Assembly (NCBI GenBank): GCA_040219515.1
Contig: JAVJSI010000005.1
Coordinates: 145,243 to 209,242, forward strand
Origin: Acidimicrobiales bacterium
Lineage (GTDB): Bacteria > Actinomycetota > Acidimicrobiia > Acidimicrobiales > Aldehydirespiratoraceae
Length of the DNA stretch: 64,000 bases
Direction of reading: 5' to 3'
The notes under the pieces were generated by a model. It saw only the letters and a program-made list of their open reading frames with translations. It was not told where the DNA came from and made no database searches. The translations under genes were made by a program, and so were the position numbers. How positions within the stretch are numbered: the first letter of the stretch is position 1; the number at the start of each line of letters is the position of its first letter. Shown in pieces: positions 1-9,316 of the stretch.

Positions 1-11
1 GAGCCGATCGC

Positions 12-239
12 ATGTGCGCGACACCGAGCCTCCACCACGTCGTCCACTTCGGGCCCGACGTCGGCGGTACTGCGGATCAAGCCCTGCTCGTGCGGCACGT
101 GGCCACACGCGGGCACGCCGGCCTCACCGACGAGGAGATCACCGTCTGGGCCGACGACGGCCGGCTTCAGCTGAAGGCACGCCAACTCCGGACCGTCATC
201 GATCTCAGTCGCATCGACACGTCGTCGTTCACTCCCTGA
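12..239 (+). CDS. Unassigned ORF fragment; it may be the 3' part of a gene that starts before the window.
   Basis: ORF in the track with no recognisable motif, lying upstream of the LLM gene. Kept only as a placeholder. Confidence 0.2.
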   Translation: MCATPSLHHVVHFGPDVGGTADQALLVRHVATRGHAGLTDEEITVWADDGRLQLKARQLRTVIDLSRIDTSSFTP

Positions 240-341
240 CTCGCACCGCCTGACACGGCTCCTGACTCTTTTCGTCGACGGGCTTTCCGCCGACGTGCGG
301 TCGGGGCAGGATGGCGGTCACCGTTCGACGAGGAGTCAGAG

Positions 342-1202
342 ATGAAGTTCGGAATCGGGTTCGCCAACACGGTCACGTTCGTCACCGGCGACGGCGCCGC
401 CGAGCTCGGCCGAGCGGCGGAGGATGCCGGCTTCGACTCGCTCTGGACGGTCGAGCACATCGTCTACCCCGAGGGCTACGAGTCGACCTACCCGTATGCC
501 CCCGACGGCAAGATGCCCGGAAGCGGTGACAGCCCGATACCCGACCCGCTGATCTGGCTCAGCTACGTGGCCGCGCACACGACATCGCTGAAGCTCGCGA
601 CGGGAATCTCGCTGCTTCCCGAACGGCACCCCGTCACCTACGCCAAGGAGGTGGCCACCCTCGACATGATGTCCGGAGGCCGAGTCATCCTCGGCGTCGG
701 CATCGGTTGGTTGAGGGAGGAGTTCGATGCGCTCGACGTGCCGTGGGAAGGCCGTACCCGACGCACCGAGGAGTACGCCGAAGTGATGCGCGCCCTGTGG
801 GACCGCGACGACGTCTCGTTCCACGGCGAGTTCATCGACTTCGACCACATCAGCTCGAACCCCAAGCCGGCGGACGGCCCCGTGCCGATCCACATCGGTG
901 GCCACAGCACGGCAGCCGCGCAGCGGGCCGGTCGGATGGGCGACGGGTTCTTTCCGGCCAAGGGAAACATCGCCGAGCTCTTCGAGATCGCCCGTCAAAC
1001 GGCGGCTGACGCCGGTCGCGACCCCGACGCGCTCGAGATGACCAGCTCCCACCCGGGCATCTTCGGCGACGACCCGGCGGCGGCCGTCGAGGAAGCGGCG
1101 AGTTGGGGCATGCACCGGATGATCATCCCCGGTTTCATGTTCATCGGCAGCCCGTCCGACAAGATGGCACCGTTCGCCGAGCTCATCTCCTCGACGAACT
1201 GA
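342..1202 (+). CDS. Luciferase-like monooxygenase (LLM) class F420-dependent oxidoreductase.
   Basis: 286 aa. The N-terminus MKFGIGF...AAEDAGFDSLWTVEHI and the TIM-barrel LLM pattern are typical of actinobacterial F420-dependent LLM oxidoreductases. Confidence 0.8.
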   Translation: MKFGIGFANTVTFVTGDGAAELGRAAEDAGFDSLWTVEHIVYPEGYESTYPYAPDGKMPGSGDSPIPDPLIWLSYVAAHTTSLKLATGISLLPERHPVTYAKEVATLDMMSGGRVILGVGIGWLREEFDALDVPWEGRTRRTEEYAEVMRALWDRDDVSFHGEFIDFDHISSNPKPADGPVPIHIGGHSTAAAQRAGRMGDGFFPAKGNIAELFEIARQTAADAGRDPDALEMTSSHPGIFGDDPAAAVEEAASWGMHRMIIPGFMFIGSPSDKMAPFAELISSTN

Positions 1203-1208
1203 GACCGG

Positions 1209-2099
1209 TCAGTCCGGCGACCGCCGCAGCGGACGGCTGTGATCCCAGTCGGCGATCAGACTACGAAGTGCAGTGATCAGGATCAGCGGCACATCGAGCA
1301 TCGGATGATGGCCCGCCGTCGGGAGTTCGATGACCGGGGCCACCCGCCCGAGCTGCTCGTACATGTAGTCGCCGATGTCGGGGGTGACGAGCCCGTGCTC
1401 GCAACGAAGAAGGGCGACACGGCAGGTGATCTGGGGGAGGTACTCGTCGGCATCGCCTCGACGGGGCACGAAGATCCTCGAGTCGAACTTCCAGCGCCAG
1501 AGCCCGTCGGGATCGTGGCGAAGCGAGTTGGACGCCACGTGCTCCATGACGTAGGGCAGGTAGACGTCCTGCTCCGGAATCGTTCGAAACCGTTCGATCG
1601 GACCGGTGGGGTCTTCGTACTCCCGTTCCTTCTGGAACAGGTCCGTGGCGCGGCCGACGTTGACCTCGGGATCGACCTCGACGACCGGTGAGTCGATGAT
1701 GACGGCGCCGGCGAGCAACTCGGCGTGCCGAGCTGCAGTGGCCATGGTGACGAAACCGCCCATCGAGTGTCCGACCAGCAGCGGCGGACCCTGGAAGTCG
1801 GCATCGGCGATGACCGCGGCGACCTCGTCGCACCAGAGATCGAGGGAGTACTCGGAGCGTCGGTCGCTGTCACCGTGGCCCGACAGGTCGATGGCCGCGA
1901 CGGAGTGTTCGCGGAGGAACGCCGGCGCGACATGGCTCCACCAGTGCGCGTGGGCCGCGCCGCCGTGGACGAAGACGATGCCGGGGCGGCCTCGCTCGCC
2001 CCACGACAGATAGTTGATGTCGGCTCCGTCGACGTCGACCGTGCGGGCCGTCGGCTGGGTGGAGATCGCCGTGGTGAACCACTCGGGGACGTCCGTCAT
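1209..2099 (-). CDS. Alpha/beta-fold hydrolase.
   Basis: The C-terminal 297 aa of the 449-aa ORF carry a GHSMGG nucleophile elbow and HGGAAHAHWW. The S/P/R-rich N-terminal extension is non-coding-like and overlaps the MFS gene, so I trimmed the start to the ATG at 2099 (MTDVPEWF). Confidence 0.75.
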   Translation of the reverse strand: MTDVPEWFTTAISTQPTARTVDVDGADINYLSWGERGRPGIVFVHGGAAHAHWWSHVAPAFLREHSVAAIDLSGHGDSDRRSEYSLDLWCDEVAAVIADADFQGPPLLVGHSMGGFVTMATAARHAELLAGAVIIDSPVVEVDPEVNVGRATDLFQKEREYEDPTGPIERFRTIPEQDVYLPYVMEHVASNSLRHDPDGLWRWKFDSRIFVPRRGDADEYLPQITCRVALLRCEHGLVTPDIGDYMYEQLGRVAPVIELPTAGHHPMLDVPLILITALRSLIADWDHSRPLRRSPD

Positions 2100-2109
2100 G
2101 GTGCCGACG

Positions 2110-3291
2110 TTACCGTCGACCGCGGGGCCCGATGTCGTCGATCGTCGTGGTGACGAGCGCATCGCCGAGCAGGCGGCGGGCCGACAAGAGGGCAATCGCC
2201 GCGATGACGGCACTGAAGAGGAAGCCCGTGCCGAGATCCGCCCAGTCGCCGATGATGCCGATGATCGGACCGCCGAATCCGAAGGCCAGGTCGAAGAACA
2301 TCGAGAAGCTGCCGATGGCCTGACTGCGTTCCTCGTCGGGAGCCCGGTCCACGACGAGGGCGAACAGGGCCGGGAAGAGGAAGGTCTGGGCGACGGCGAG
2401 GACCGCCGCGGCGACGTAGACCCCAGCGGGTTCCTGCCAGAGGAAGAGGATGACGAGTCCGGACACCCCGAACGAGAGAGAGATGCGGGTCGTGAGGAGC
2501 GGGCCGAGCCGATCGGGTAGACGGGCGGCGAACAGTCGGAGGGTGATGATGACGGCACCGAACACCACGAAGATCCGCTCGGTGTTCTCCATCCCGATGC
2601 GTTCGCCGTGGACGACGGCGAATGCGAGGAAGCCGGTGTAGCCGAGGAGTCCGGCGAACAACATCATCCCGGGCCGGATCGCAGCGGGATGGATGAGCCG
2701 GCGGAGCGGCGGAAACGGTGGCTTCGTCTGGGGGGGTCCAGGCGCCGAGAGGCCCACCGCAGCGGCCAGCGCCGCGAGGACGCCGGCGACGATGAAGACC
2801 CAGTCGGTGCCGTAGTCGTCGCGGATCCACCCGCCCAGCAGCGGCCCGACGAGCAGCGTGCCATAGATCGTCAGCGAGAAGTAGGAGGCGGCTTCGGCGC
2901 GCCGATCATCGGGCGTGAGGTCCTGTATCGAACTGGCGATGCCGACGAACACCGCGGCTTCGCCGATGCCGGTCACTGCCCGGATCGCGATGACCTCCGG
3001 GATCGTGTCGGCCAGTGCGGTCGTGGCGGTCGCCGCTGCGGCCAGGAGTGTGCCGGAGATGACGAGGGTCCGCCGCCCCATCCGGTCGCCCAACGGCCCG
3101 ATGAACGGACGGATGAATGCGGCCGCGATACCGAACGAGCTGACGGCGAGACCGACTTCGAGATTACGACCGCCGAGTTCTTCCTCGACGAACAAAGGAA
3201 GGACGGGAATCGTCATGTTCAGACCGAGGAAGTACAACGACGCGGCGGCGCACAGCGCCAGGAAACGTGTCGTCAACAGTCGGGCATTCAC
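2110..3291 (-). CDS. MFS transporter.
   Basis: 393 aa with a 12-TM-like hydrophobic pattern. The MFS signature GPLGDRMGRR lies in loop 2-3. Confidence 0.85.
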   Translation of the reverse strand: MNARLLTTRFLALCAAASLYFLGLNMTIPVLPLFVEEELGGRNLEVGLAVSSFGIAAAFIRPFIGPLGDRMGRRTLVISGTLLAAAATATTALADTIPEVIAIRAVTGIGEAAVFVGIASSIQDLTPDDRRAEAASYFSLTIYGTLLVGPLLGGWIRDDYGTDWVFIVAGVLAALAAAVGLSAPGPPQTKPPFPPLRRLIHPAAIRPGMMLFAGLLGYTGFLAFAVVHGERIGMENTERIFVVFGAVIITLRLFAARLPDRLGPLLTTRISLSFGVSGLVILFLWQEPAGVYVAAAVLAVAQTFLFPALFALVVDRAPDEERSQAIGSFSMFFDLAFGFGGPIIGIIGDWADLGTGFLFSAVIAAIALLSARRLLGDALVTTTIDDIGPRGRR

Positions 3292-3308
3292 CGGGGGATC
3301 CTGTCGGC

Positions 3309-4244
3309 TCAGTCTGCGAGCGACAACCTCGGTCCTCCGCCGTCGTATGCCGCCGGGGAGAGGGGGATCCGGTCGGCGTCGAACACTGTGACGAGATCAC
3401 CGAGCGTCGGCGGTTCACCGGAGGCGCTGGTGGGTATCCCCAACGTCGTGGCGAATGCGGCAATGAGCCCGCCGTTCGAACCACCGGCGTCGTGCCAGGA
3501 CGCCAATCCGGCTGAACCATCGCGCTTCGCCAGCCGTTCGCCCGACGTGTCGACCACGAGCGGCACGTGGGTCCAGACGGGTTCGCGGTAGCCGAGAAGC
3601 CGTTGTAGATAGGCGTGGCGTGGGGTGGAGTCGAGCAGGTCGTCACCACGCACGACCTGGCCCACGCCCTGGTGCTCGTCATCGACCACCACCACGAGAT
3701 TGTAGGCAGGGGTGCCGTCGCCACGGCGAAGCACGATGTCGTCCATGGCCCGACGAACGCGTCCGTGGAGGGAGTCGACGATCTCGACCTCGGCCGAGTC
3801 GGTCCTGAGGCGGAGCGCCGGTTCTCGGCCCGACCGCTCGTGCACTGCGATCTCCCGTGCACTCAGATGACGACAGGTTCCCGGATACGAGCCGGGCACA
3901 CCGTGGGGCGCCCGGGTGGCCTCTTGGATCTCGCGGCGCGAGCACCAGCAGCGGTAGGTCGACGAACGCCGGGTCAGGTCGGCGATCACCTCGGCGTACG
4001 CGTCGGTGCGGTCGGATTGGCGGAGTGGAGTGCCGTCGAACGTCACCCCGAGTGCGGCGAGGTCGGCGAGCTGCGACGACTCGTGACGAGGGTCGGCCGT
4101 GAGGTCGAGGTCCTCCCAGCGGAGAAGAAAGTCGCTCTGTGATGCTCGGGCGAAGAGCCACGCGGCCACCGCCGTTCGGAGGTTGCCGAGATGGAACGTA
4201 CCCGTGGGACTCGGGGCGTAGCGGCCGGTTGGCATGCGTCGCAT
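3309..4244 (-). CDS. gluQ: Glutamyl-Q tRNA(Asp) synthetase, a truncated GluRS paralog.
   Basis: Class I aaRS motifs: GRYAPSPTGTFHLGN (HIGH region) and a KMSKR-like LAKRDGS. The ~310-aa length lacks an anticodon-binding domain. Start trimmed to the MRRM at 4244. Confidence 0.75.
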   Translation of the reverse strand: MRRMPTGRYAPSPTGTFHLGNLRTAVAAWLFARASQSDFLLRWEDLDLTADPRHESSQLADLAALGVTFDGTPLRQSDRTDAYAEVIADLTRRSSTYRCWCSRREIQEATRAPHGVPGSYPGTCRHLSAREIAVHERSGREPALRLRTDSAEVEIVDSLHGRVRRAMDDIVLRRGDGTPAYNLVVVVDDEHQGVGQVVRGDDLLDSTPRHAYLQRLLGYREPVWTHVPLVVDTSGERLAKRDGSAGLASWHDAGGSNGGLIAAFATTLGIPTSASGEPPTLGDLVTVFDADRIPLSPAAYDGGGPRLSLAD

Positions 4245-4255
4245 CGTGCCACGCG

Positions 4256-4838
4256 TCAGCGTGACAACAGGAGGTTCACCACCCGGGCGACACCGAACTC
4301 GACATTCGTGGCGGTGACCTCGTCGGGGACCAATGGGGCGAGCAGATTCACGAGCTCGACCTGGGTGACCGTCGGGTGGGCGAGAAACACCTTGCCGACG
4401 TCGTCGAAACGGTCGACGGGCATCGCCGAGGGTCGTCGACGTCTCCTCTCGTGGCTCGCGGGGCTGAGCTCGGCGAAACGCCCGGTCCACGCCATCCCGT
4501 CGGACAGCTCGAAACCCAGGCCGATGTCGCCGAGCCGCGTGACGCCCTCGACCAGCGCGGTCAGCGCGGTCAGCGCGGTGGACGGGAACGTGATCCGTTC
4601 CTCGACGAGGCTGGTGGATTCAGTCGGTGTCGCCGTTGGACCCGATGAACGCCTCGAGGCGCGCGCCCGTTCCCGTTGCGAGGGCGGCACCGCCGAACCA
4701 GCTCCGCCGGGTCGCGGCGACCACGATGATGCCGGCATCCACCGCCGCGTTGAGCGCGTCGACCGTCGGCGGTTCGGGTTCGTGGGTCGGGCCGAACATC
4801 GTGCCATCGAGGTCGGTGGCGATCAGGCGGAAATCCAC
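4256..4838 (-). pseudogene. Cof-type HAD-superfamily hydrolase that is frameshifted and truncated at its C-terminus.
   Basis: The N-terminal 72 aa, MDFRLIATDLDGTMF (HAD motif I DxDGT), stop at 4620. The reading continues in another frame from 4621 (LVEERITF...VGKVFLAHPT). The distal HAD motifs are missing and the stretch abuts gluQ. Confidence 0.5.
4553..4579. repeat. Perfect 9-bp tandem repeat, CAGCGCGGT x3.
   Basis: Read directly in the sequence. It encodes ALTALTAL inside the HAD pseudogene. Confidence 0.9.
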
Positions 4839-4917
4839 CGCGCGGTTCTATCACCGGCCACTCCGGAGACCCGGAGGTATCGGACTCGGTTGGCGGCGGT
4901 CGACCCGAGCTGATGAA

Positions 4918-7260
4918 GTGATCCCCGTGACTCTCGCCGACGTACGCCTTGTCGACCTCTCACAGGGGATTGCCGGTGCCTACCTCGCACGGCTCTTCGC
5001 CGATGCCGGTGCCGACGTGATTCGTGTCGAGCCGGCGTCGGGTGCGGCGCTGCGCCTCCGGTCCGGTCGACCCCTGGCCGCAGGTGAGTCGGGGCCACTG
5101 TTCCGGTTCCTCGCCGCCGGGACGCGGTCGGTCGTGGGCGAGGTCGCCACCGACCCGCCGGCCGGCGACCCGATCGAGGACCTGCTCGCATCCGCCACCC
5201 TCGTTGTCGCCGACGCGGCGACGGCGCCCGAGGCCGTGAAGTCGATCGCTGCTCGTCATCCGCAGGTGGTCGTCGTCTCGATCAGGCCGTACGGACTCGA
5301 CGGACCGTGGGCCGAGCGCACGCCCAACGAGTTCCTGATCCAGGCCGACTCGGGTTCGGTGTCCTGTCGGGGACATGTCACCCAGGTGCCGTTCGTGGCC
5401 GGAGGATCGGTCTTCGACTGGACGGCGGCCTCGTACGCGGCCCCGGCAGCGTTGGCCGCAGTGGTGCGCGCTCGAGCCTGCGGTGTGGGCGACGTCGTCG
5501 ATGTCTCCATTGCCGAGGCGGCGTCCATCTCGGCATCGACGTTCGCCGATCTGGCGATGCAGATGGCGGGCCGTGACGAGCCGCCGCTGCGAAGCATCGA
5601 AGCGCCGTCGATCGAGCCGGCGTCCGACGGCTGGGTCGGCTTCAACACGAACACGCGTCAGCAGTTCCAGAACTTCTGTCTGATGATCGAGCGCCCGGAC
5701 CTCATGGAATCGCATTGGGCCAATCTCCAGGCTCGCACGGCGGAGCTCGACGAGTGGAACGAGATCGTCGCGGCATGGACCACCCAGCACACCGTGGCGG
5801 AGATCGTCGACCTCGCGAGTGCGCTGCGGGTGCCGGTGGCGAGCGTGAACGACGGTCCCGGGGTACTTGCGGAGCCGCATCTACTCGCTCGGGATTTCTT
5901 CCCGGAGCAGTCCGGCGGGTTTGCCGCTCCCCGACCACCGAGGCTCGTGAACGGCGACCGCCCGCCGCTCCCCGGCCCGGCACCGGCAATCGGCGAACAC
6001 ACCGGTCGCGTGGAGACGGTCCATCGGCCCGAGCCGGGCGACGCCGACCCTTCGGCTCGTCCGCTCGAGGGTGTGCGGGTGCTCGATCTCACGAGTTGGT
6101 GGGCGGGACCGTCCTCCACCCAGGTGCTGGCCGCGCTCGGTGCCGACGTCATCCACGTCGAGTCTGTGACGCACCCTGACGGCATGCGCCTCACCGGCAT
6201 GATGTTCGGGACGCAGGACTGGTGGGAGTGGGGTCACATGTTCGTGGCCGCGAACAGCGACAAGCGCGACCTCACCCTCGACCTGGGCTCGGCGACGGGC
6301 CGCGACCTCCTGCTCCGGCTGGTCGACTCGGCCGACGTGCTCGTCGAGAACTTCAGCCCGCGGGTCATGGAGCAGTTCGACCTCGGATGGGACGTGATCC
6401 ATGAGCGCAATCCCCGTTGTGTCATGGTGCGCATGCCCGCCTTCGGACTCGATGGACCGTGGCGTGAGCGGGTCGGCTTCGCCCAGACCATGGAGCAGAT
6501 GTCGGGTATGGCGTGGCTCACGGGTCATGTCGACGACCAGCCGCGGATCATGCGCGGTCCGTGTGATCCGATCGCCGGCATGCACGGAGCATTCGCGGCG
6601 ATCCTGGCGTTGCGGGAACGTGAGACGACCGGTTCCGGGGTGTTCATCGAGTCGCCGATGGTCGAGGCGGCGATCAACTGCTCTGCGGAGATGATCGTCG
6701 AGTGGACGGCAAACGAGGTCGAGCTCGGTCGTATCGGCAACCGCAGTCGCTTTGCGGCGCCGCAGGGTGTCTATGCCGCGGCCGGCGATGAGCAGTGGCT
6801 GGCGATCTCGGTCGAGACGGATGCCGAGTGGGTCGCCCTCGCCGCGCTCGTGGGAGTGGACCCGGTCCGGTTCCCGACGGTGCTCGAGCGCCAGGAAGCC
6901 CACGACGACATCGATCGGATCATCGGCACATGGGCGGCGGCGAGATCGGCCGCCGATGCCGCCGCGGCGCTCGAGGAGGCCGGGGTGCCGGCGGTGGCCT
7001 GTCGCAACCACGGCATGCTGCGGTTCCATCCCCAGTTTCAGGCCCGAGAGTTCTACGAAGAGGTCACCCATCCGGCCGTGGGAACACACCTGATGCCGGG
7101 ACAGCCGTTCCGGCTTCGTGGCATCGATCGTTGGATTCGTAGGGCGACACCGACCCTCGGACAACACAACTTCGAGATTCTCCGGGAGCTCGGTCTCGAC
7201 GATGCTGCCATCGAATTTCTCGATGCCAACGGCGAGATCGGGACAGTTCCCGTCTTCTGA
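4918..7260 (+). CDS. Family III (CaiB/BaiF) CoA-transferase with two complete domains fused in tandem.
   Basis: Two CaiB/BaiF signatures: VRLVDLSQGIAGAYLARLFADAGADVIRVE and VRVLDLTSWWAGPSSTQVLAALGADVIHVE. The start is placed at the in-frame GTG at 4918, because the upstream 97 codons are low-complexity. Confidence 0.8.
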   Translation: MIPVTLADVRLVDLSQGIAGAYLARLFADAGADVIRVEPASGAALRLRSGRPLAAGESGPLFRFLAAGTRSVVGEVATDPPAGDPIEDLLASATLVVADAATAPEAVKSIAARHPQVVVVSIRPYGLDGPWAERTPNEFLIQADSGSVSCRGHVTQVPFVAGGSVFDWTAASYAAPAALAAVVRARACGVGDVVDVSIAEAASISASTFADLAMQMAGRDEPPLRSIEAPSIEPASDGWVGFNTNTRQQFQNFCLMIERPDLMESHWANLQARTAELDEWNEIVAAWTTQHTVAEIVDLASALRVPVASVNDGPGVLAEPHLLARDFFPEQSGGFAAPRPPRLVNGDRPPLPGPAPAIGEHTGRVETVHRPEPGDADPSARPLEGVRVLDLTSWWAGPSSTQVLAALGADVIHVESVTHPDGMRLTGMMFGTQDWWEWGHMFVAANSDKRDLTLDLGSATGRDLLLRLVDSADVLVENFSPRVMEQFDLGWDVIHERNPRCVMVRMPAFGLDGPWRERVGFAQTMEQMSGMAWLTGHVDDQPRIMRGPCDPIAGMHGAFAAILALRERETTGSGVFIESPMVEAAINCSAEMIVEWTANEVELGRIGNRSRFAAPQGVYAAAGDEQWLAISVETDAEWVALAALVGVDPVRFPTVLERQEAHDDIDRIIGTWAAARSAADAAAALEEAGVPAVACRNHGMLRFHPQFQAREFYEEVTHPAVGTHLMPGQPFRLRGIDRWIRRATPTLGQHNFEILRELGLDDAAIEFLDANGEIGTVPVF

Positions 7261-7298
7261 CACTGCACGGTGCCCTCCAGTTTGCGACACTGCGGTAC

Positions 7299-8030
7299 AT
7301 GGAACTGTCAGCCTCGAGCGATGAGCACGATCACCACATGGTGCATCGGCACCGCGACGTGCAGGGCGGCGAGGCGCGAGCCGCAGTGTTCGGCGTCAGT
7401 GATGGCCTCGTCTCCAACGTCGCGTTGATCCTCGGGATCGCCGGTGCGAGCACCGACGGTTCGCTCGTGCGGTTGGCCGGAGTGAGCGGGCTCCTGGCCG
7501 GGGCGATCTCGATGGCGGCTGGTGAGTGGGTCTCGGTCCGAGCTCAGAACGAACTCATCGAGCGCGAACTGGCGATCGAACGGCGCTCGCTCGAGGAGAA
7601 CCCGCAGGCGGAGACCCGTGAGCTCGCTGCGATCTATCGCGATCGCGGCCTGAAGCCGGAAACCGCCGACGAGTTGGCCGAGGAGATCATGGCCGACCCG
7701 GCCGTTGCGCTCGACGTGCACGCCCGAGAGGAGTTGGGTGTCGATCCGGACGGCGCCGGGAGTCCGCTCACCGTTGCCGGTGCGTCGTTCGGCGCGTTCG
7801 CGTTGGGCGCGTTCGTACCGCTTGCGCCCTGGCTCGTCACTGATGGCGCCGGTGCGGTGGTGGCGTCCGTGGTGCTGGGTGTGGTCGCGGCCGCCATCGT
7901 GGGATTCGCGATTGCGGCATTCACCGAGCGGTCCAAGATCCGGACGGCGTCGCGGCAGGTGTTGGTGGCCGTGGGTGCCTGCGCGGCGACCTATCTGATC
8001 GGTTCGGTCCTCGGCGTTTCGGTCGCCTAG
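7299..8030 (+). CDS. VIT1/CCC1-family iron/manganese transporter (DUF125).
   Basis: FGVSDGLVSNVALILGIAG, an acidic helix (ERELAIERRSLEENPQAE) and C-terminal TM helices are typical of the VIT family. Confidence 0.8.
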   Translation: MELSASSDEHDHHMVHRHRDVQGGEARAAVFGVSDGLVSNVALILGIAGASTDGSLVRLAGVSGLLAGAISMAAGEWVSVRAQNELIERELAIERRSLEENPQAETRELAAIYRDRGLKPETADELAEEIMADPAVALDVHAREELGVDPDGAGSPLTVAGASFGAFALGAFVPLAPWLVTDGAGAVVASVVLGVVAAAIVGFAIAAFTERSKIRTASRQVLVAVGACAATYLIGSVLGVSVA

Positions 8031-8815
8031 TCGCCGTCGGTGGCCGAACCAGGCGCATCGGGATCGACTTCGAGGAAGGTGTTGAGCAGAGCCCAGTAGC
8101 CGGCAGCGAACGCCGTCCAAGTTTGCTCTTCGCCGTCGGGCCCAGTCTTCAACGTCACATCCGGCAGCTCGTCCTCATCGAACCGCATTCTGACAGTCGC
8201 CCCTTCGGCGAGCATCAGGCCTAGCCGGGCGATCAACTCGTAGCCATCTTCGGGCGAGGCGAACATCGCGACGCGAGGACGAACGCCGATGGCGAGAGCG
8301 ATGCCTTTGACAAGCTCCGCCCCACGCAGCTCGGTCTCGAGATACTCCGTGTGTGTCGTTTCAGCGAGGATCTCCCGAGTGTCGGGTGGGGTCACCGAGT
8401 CTTTCGCAAGGCTGAGCGTGAAGCCGACCCAGCTGTAGAACAGCGGGTCGGCTGCGGCAATGGCGAGTACCTCGTTGGGCGCACGTCGCGCAACCTCGCG
8501 CATGGTGGGTAGAGGTAGCCAGTCGGCGGTAGCGGAAAGGACCTCAGCCGCCACTGAGTTGGCTGCGCCCAGGCCGGTGGCCATACGGCTGACACGAAGG
8601 AGGACGTCGACTTGGAAATCCTCTTGGCTCCTCCACAACCGTTCGTGCACGGAGGCTCTCGTGATTCGGATTCCTCTAGTGGTGTGTAGGTGATCAAAGA
8701 CGCGTTGGTAGGTGATCGTTGTTGGCTCCACTCCGAGGCCGTGCTTCCGCACGAGGTCGAGGGCAGCTTCGATCACGAGTTCGCGGGTTTCGTCGCGGGT
8801 TCGGCGTTTCGACAT
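8027..8815 (-). CDS. TetR/AcrR-like transcriptional regulator; atypical and long.
   Basis: The N-terminal HTH-like segment (ELVIEAALDLVRKHG...TTITYQRVFDHL) resembles a TetR N-domain, but at 262 aa it is longer than usual. A palindrome lies in its promoter region. Confidence 0.5.
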   Translation of the reverse strand: MSKRRTRDETRELVIEAALDLVRKHGLGVEPTTITYQRVFDHLHTTRGIRITRASVHERLWRSQEDFQVDVLLRVSRMATGLGAANSVAAEVLSATADWLPLPTMREVARRAPNEVLAIAAADPLFYSWVGFTLSLAKDSVTPPDTREILAETTHTEYLETELRGAELVKGIALAIGVRPRVAMFASPEDGYELIARLGLMLAEGATVRMRFDEDELPDVTLKTGPDGEEQTWTAFAAGYWALLNTFLEVDPDAPGSATDGD

Positions 8816-8886
8816 CGGGGGTCGGCAGTCCTGGAGAAGTGGCTGTTGCGGAGGAACTGGACTGCGAGATAGATTTGCAACCCAGA

Positions 8887-8907
8887 GTCGCTACCTAGCG
8901 TAGCGAC
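8887..8907. promoter_or_regulatory. Candidate operator: inverted repeat GTCGCTAC-N5-GTAGCGAC.
   Basis: 8-bp perfect arms sit between the divergent TetR-like gene and the 8928 ORF. Confidence 0.4.
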
Positions 8908-8927
8908 GCCGAGTTGCGAAGGGATGG

Positions 8928-9248
8928 ATGATGGCAGGGAGTCGTGAACGAGCGTCCAAGGCGGAGATCGCCGGGGTGGTGGCCGACATCAACAATTGGT
9001 ACCGGACGCAGATTAGCTCCGGGGCCGGGCCGAGATCGGCACGCATTGAAGAGATCAATGTCGGGGAGGTGTGGATGGAGTTCGACCTGGCGGACACCAA
9101 GCTGGAGGGCTACCTACTCGACCCGTTCGTACATGACCTCGGGCGCGGCCAGTGGATTCAAGGCTGGTCCGACGGATGGACCCTGTCGGTGGCCGTACCG
9201 TGCGCGAGCGCGCCGTTCGCATTGGGTTTCGTCCGGGCACTCGCGTAG
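8928..9248 (+). CDS. Hypothetical protein, 106 aa.
   Basis: ORF divergent from the TetR-like regulator. No recognisable motif. Confidence 0.4.
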   Translation: MMAGSRERASKAEIAGVVADINNWYRTQISSGAGPRSARIEEINVGEVWMEFDLADTKLEGYLLDPFVHDLGRGQWIQGWSDGWTLSVAVPCASAPFALGFVRALA

Positions 9249-9316
9249 CGCCCGGGCTGGAAACCCGATCCACCGGTGGTGTCGGGCTAGCGTCTGGCCA
9301 GTCGTGGAGGTGAGGC

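Noticed and set aside
2100-2558. An N-terminal extension of about 150 aa on the alpha/beta-hydrolase ORF, rich in S/P/R. The RNB ORF at 23044..23652 has a similar extension.
   Set aside because: Both extensions are low-complexity and overlap well-supported neighbouring genes (the MFS transporter and the DUF3048 protein). Internal starts with RBS-like sequences give proteins of canonical length.
5881-7290. A 469-aa minus-strand ORF antisense to the CoA-transferase gene. The same applies to other long antisense ORFs such as 15305..17182, 20583..21638, 23204..24664, 28020..29219, 29141..30733, 38372..40174 and 46089..48683.
   Set aside because: Their translations are Arg/Gly/Pro/Ser-rich low-complexity sequences with no recognisable motifs. 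They lie opposite genes with clear homology-type signatures. They are a typical artefact of ~70% GC DNA, where stop codons are rare on the antisense strand.
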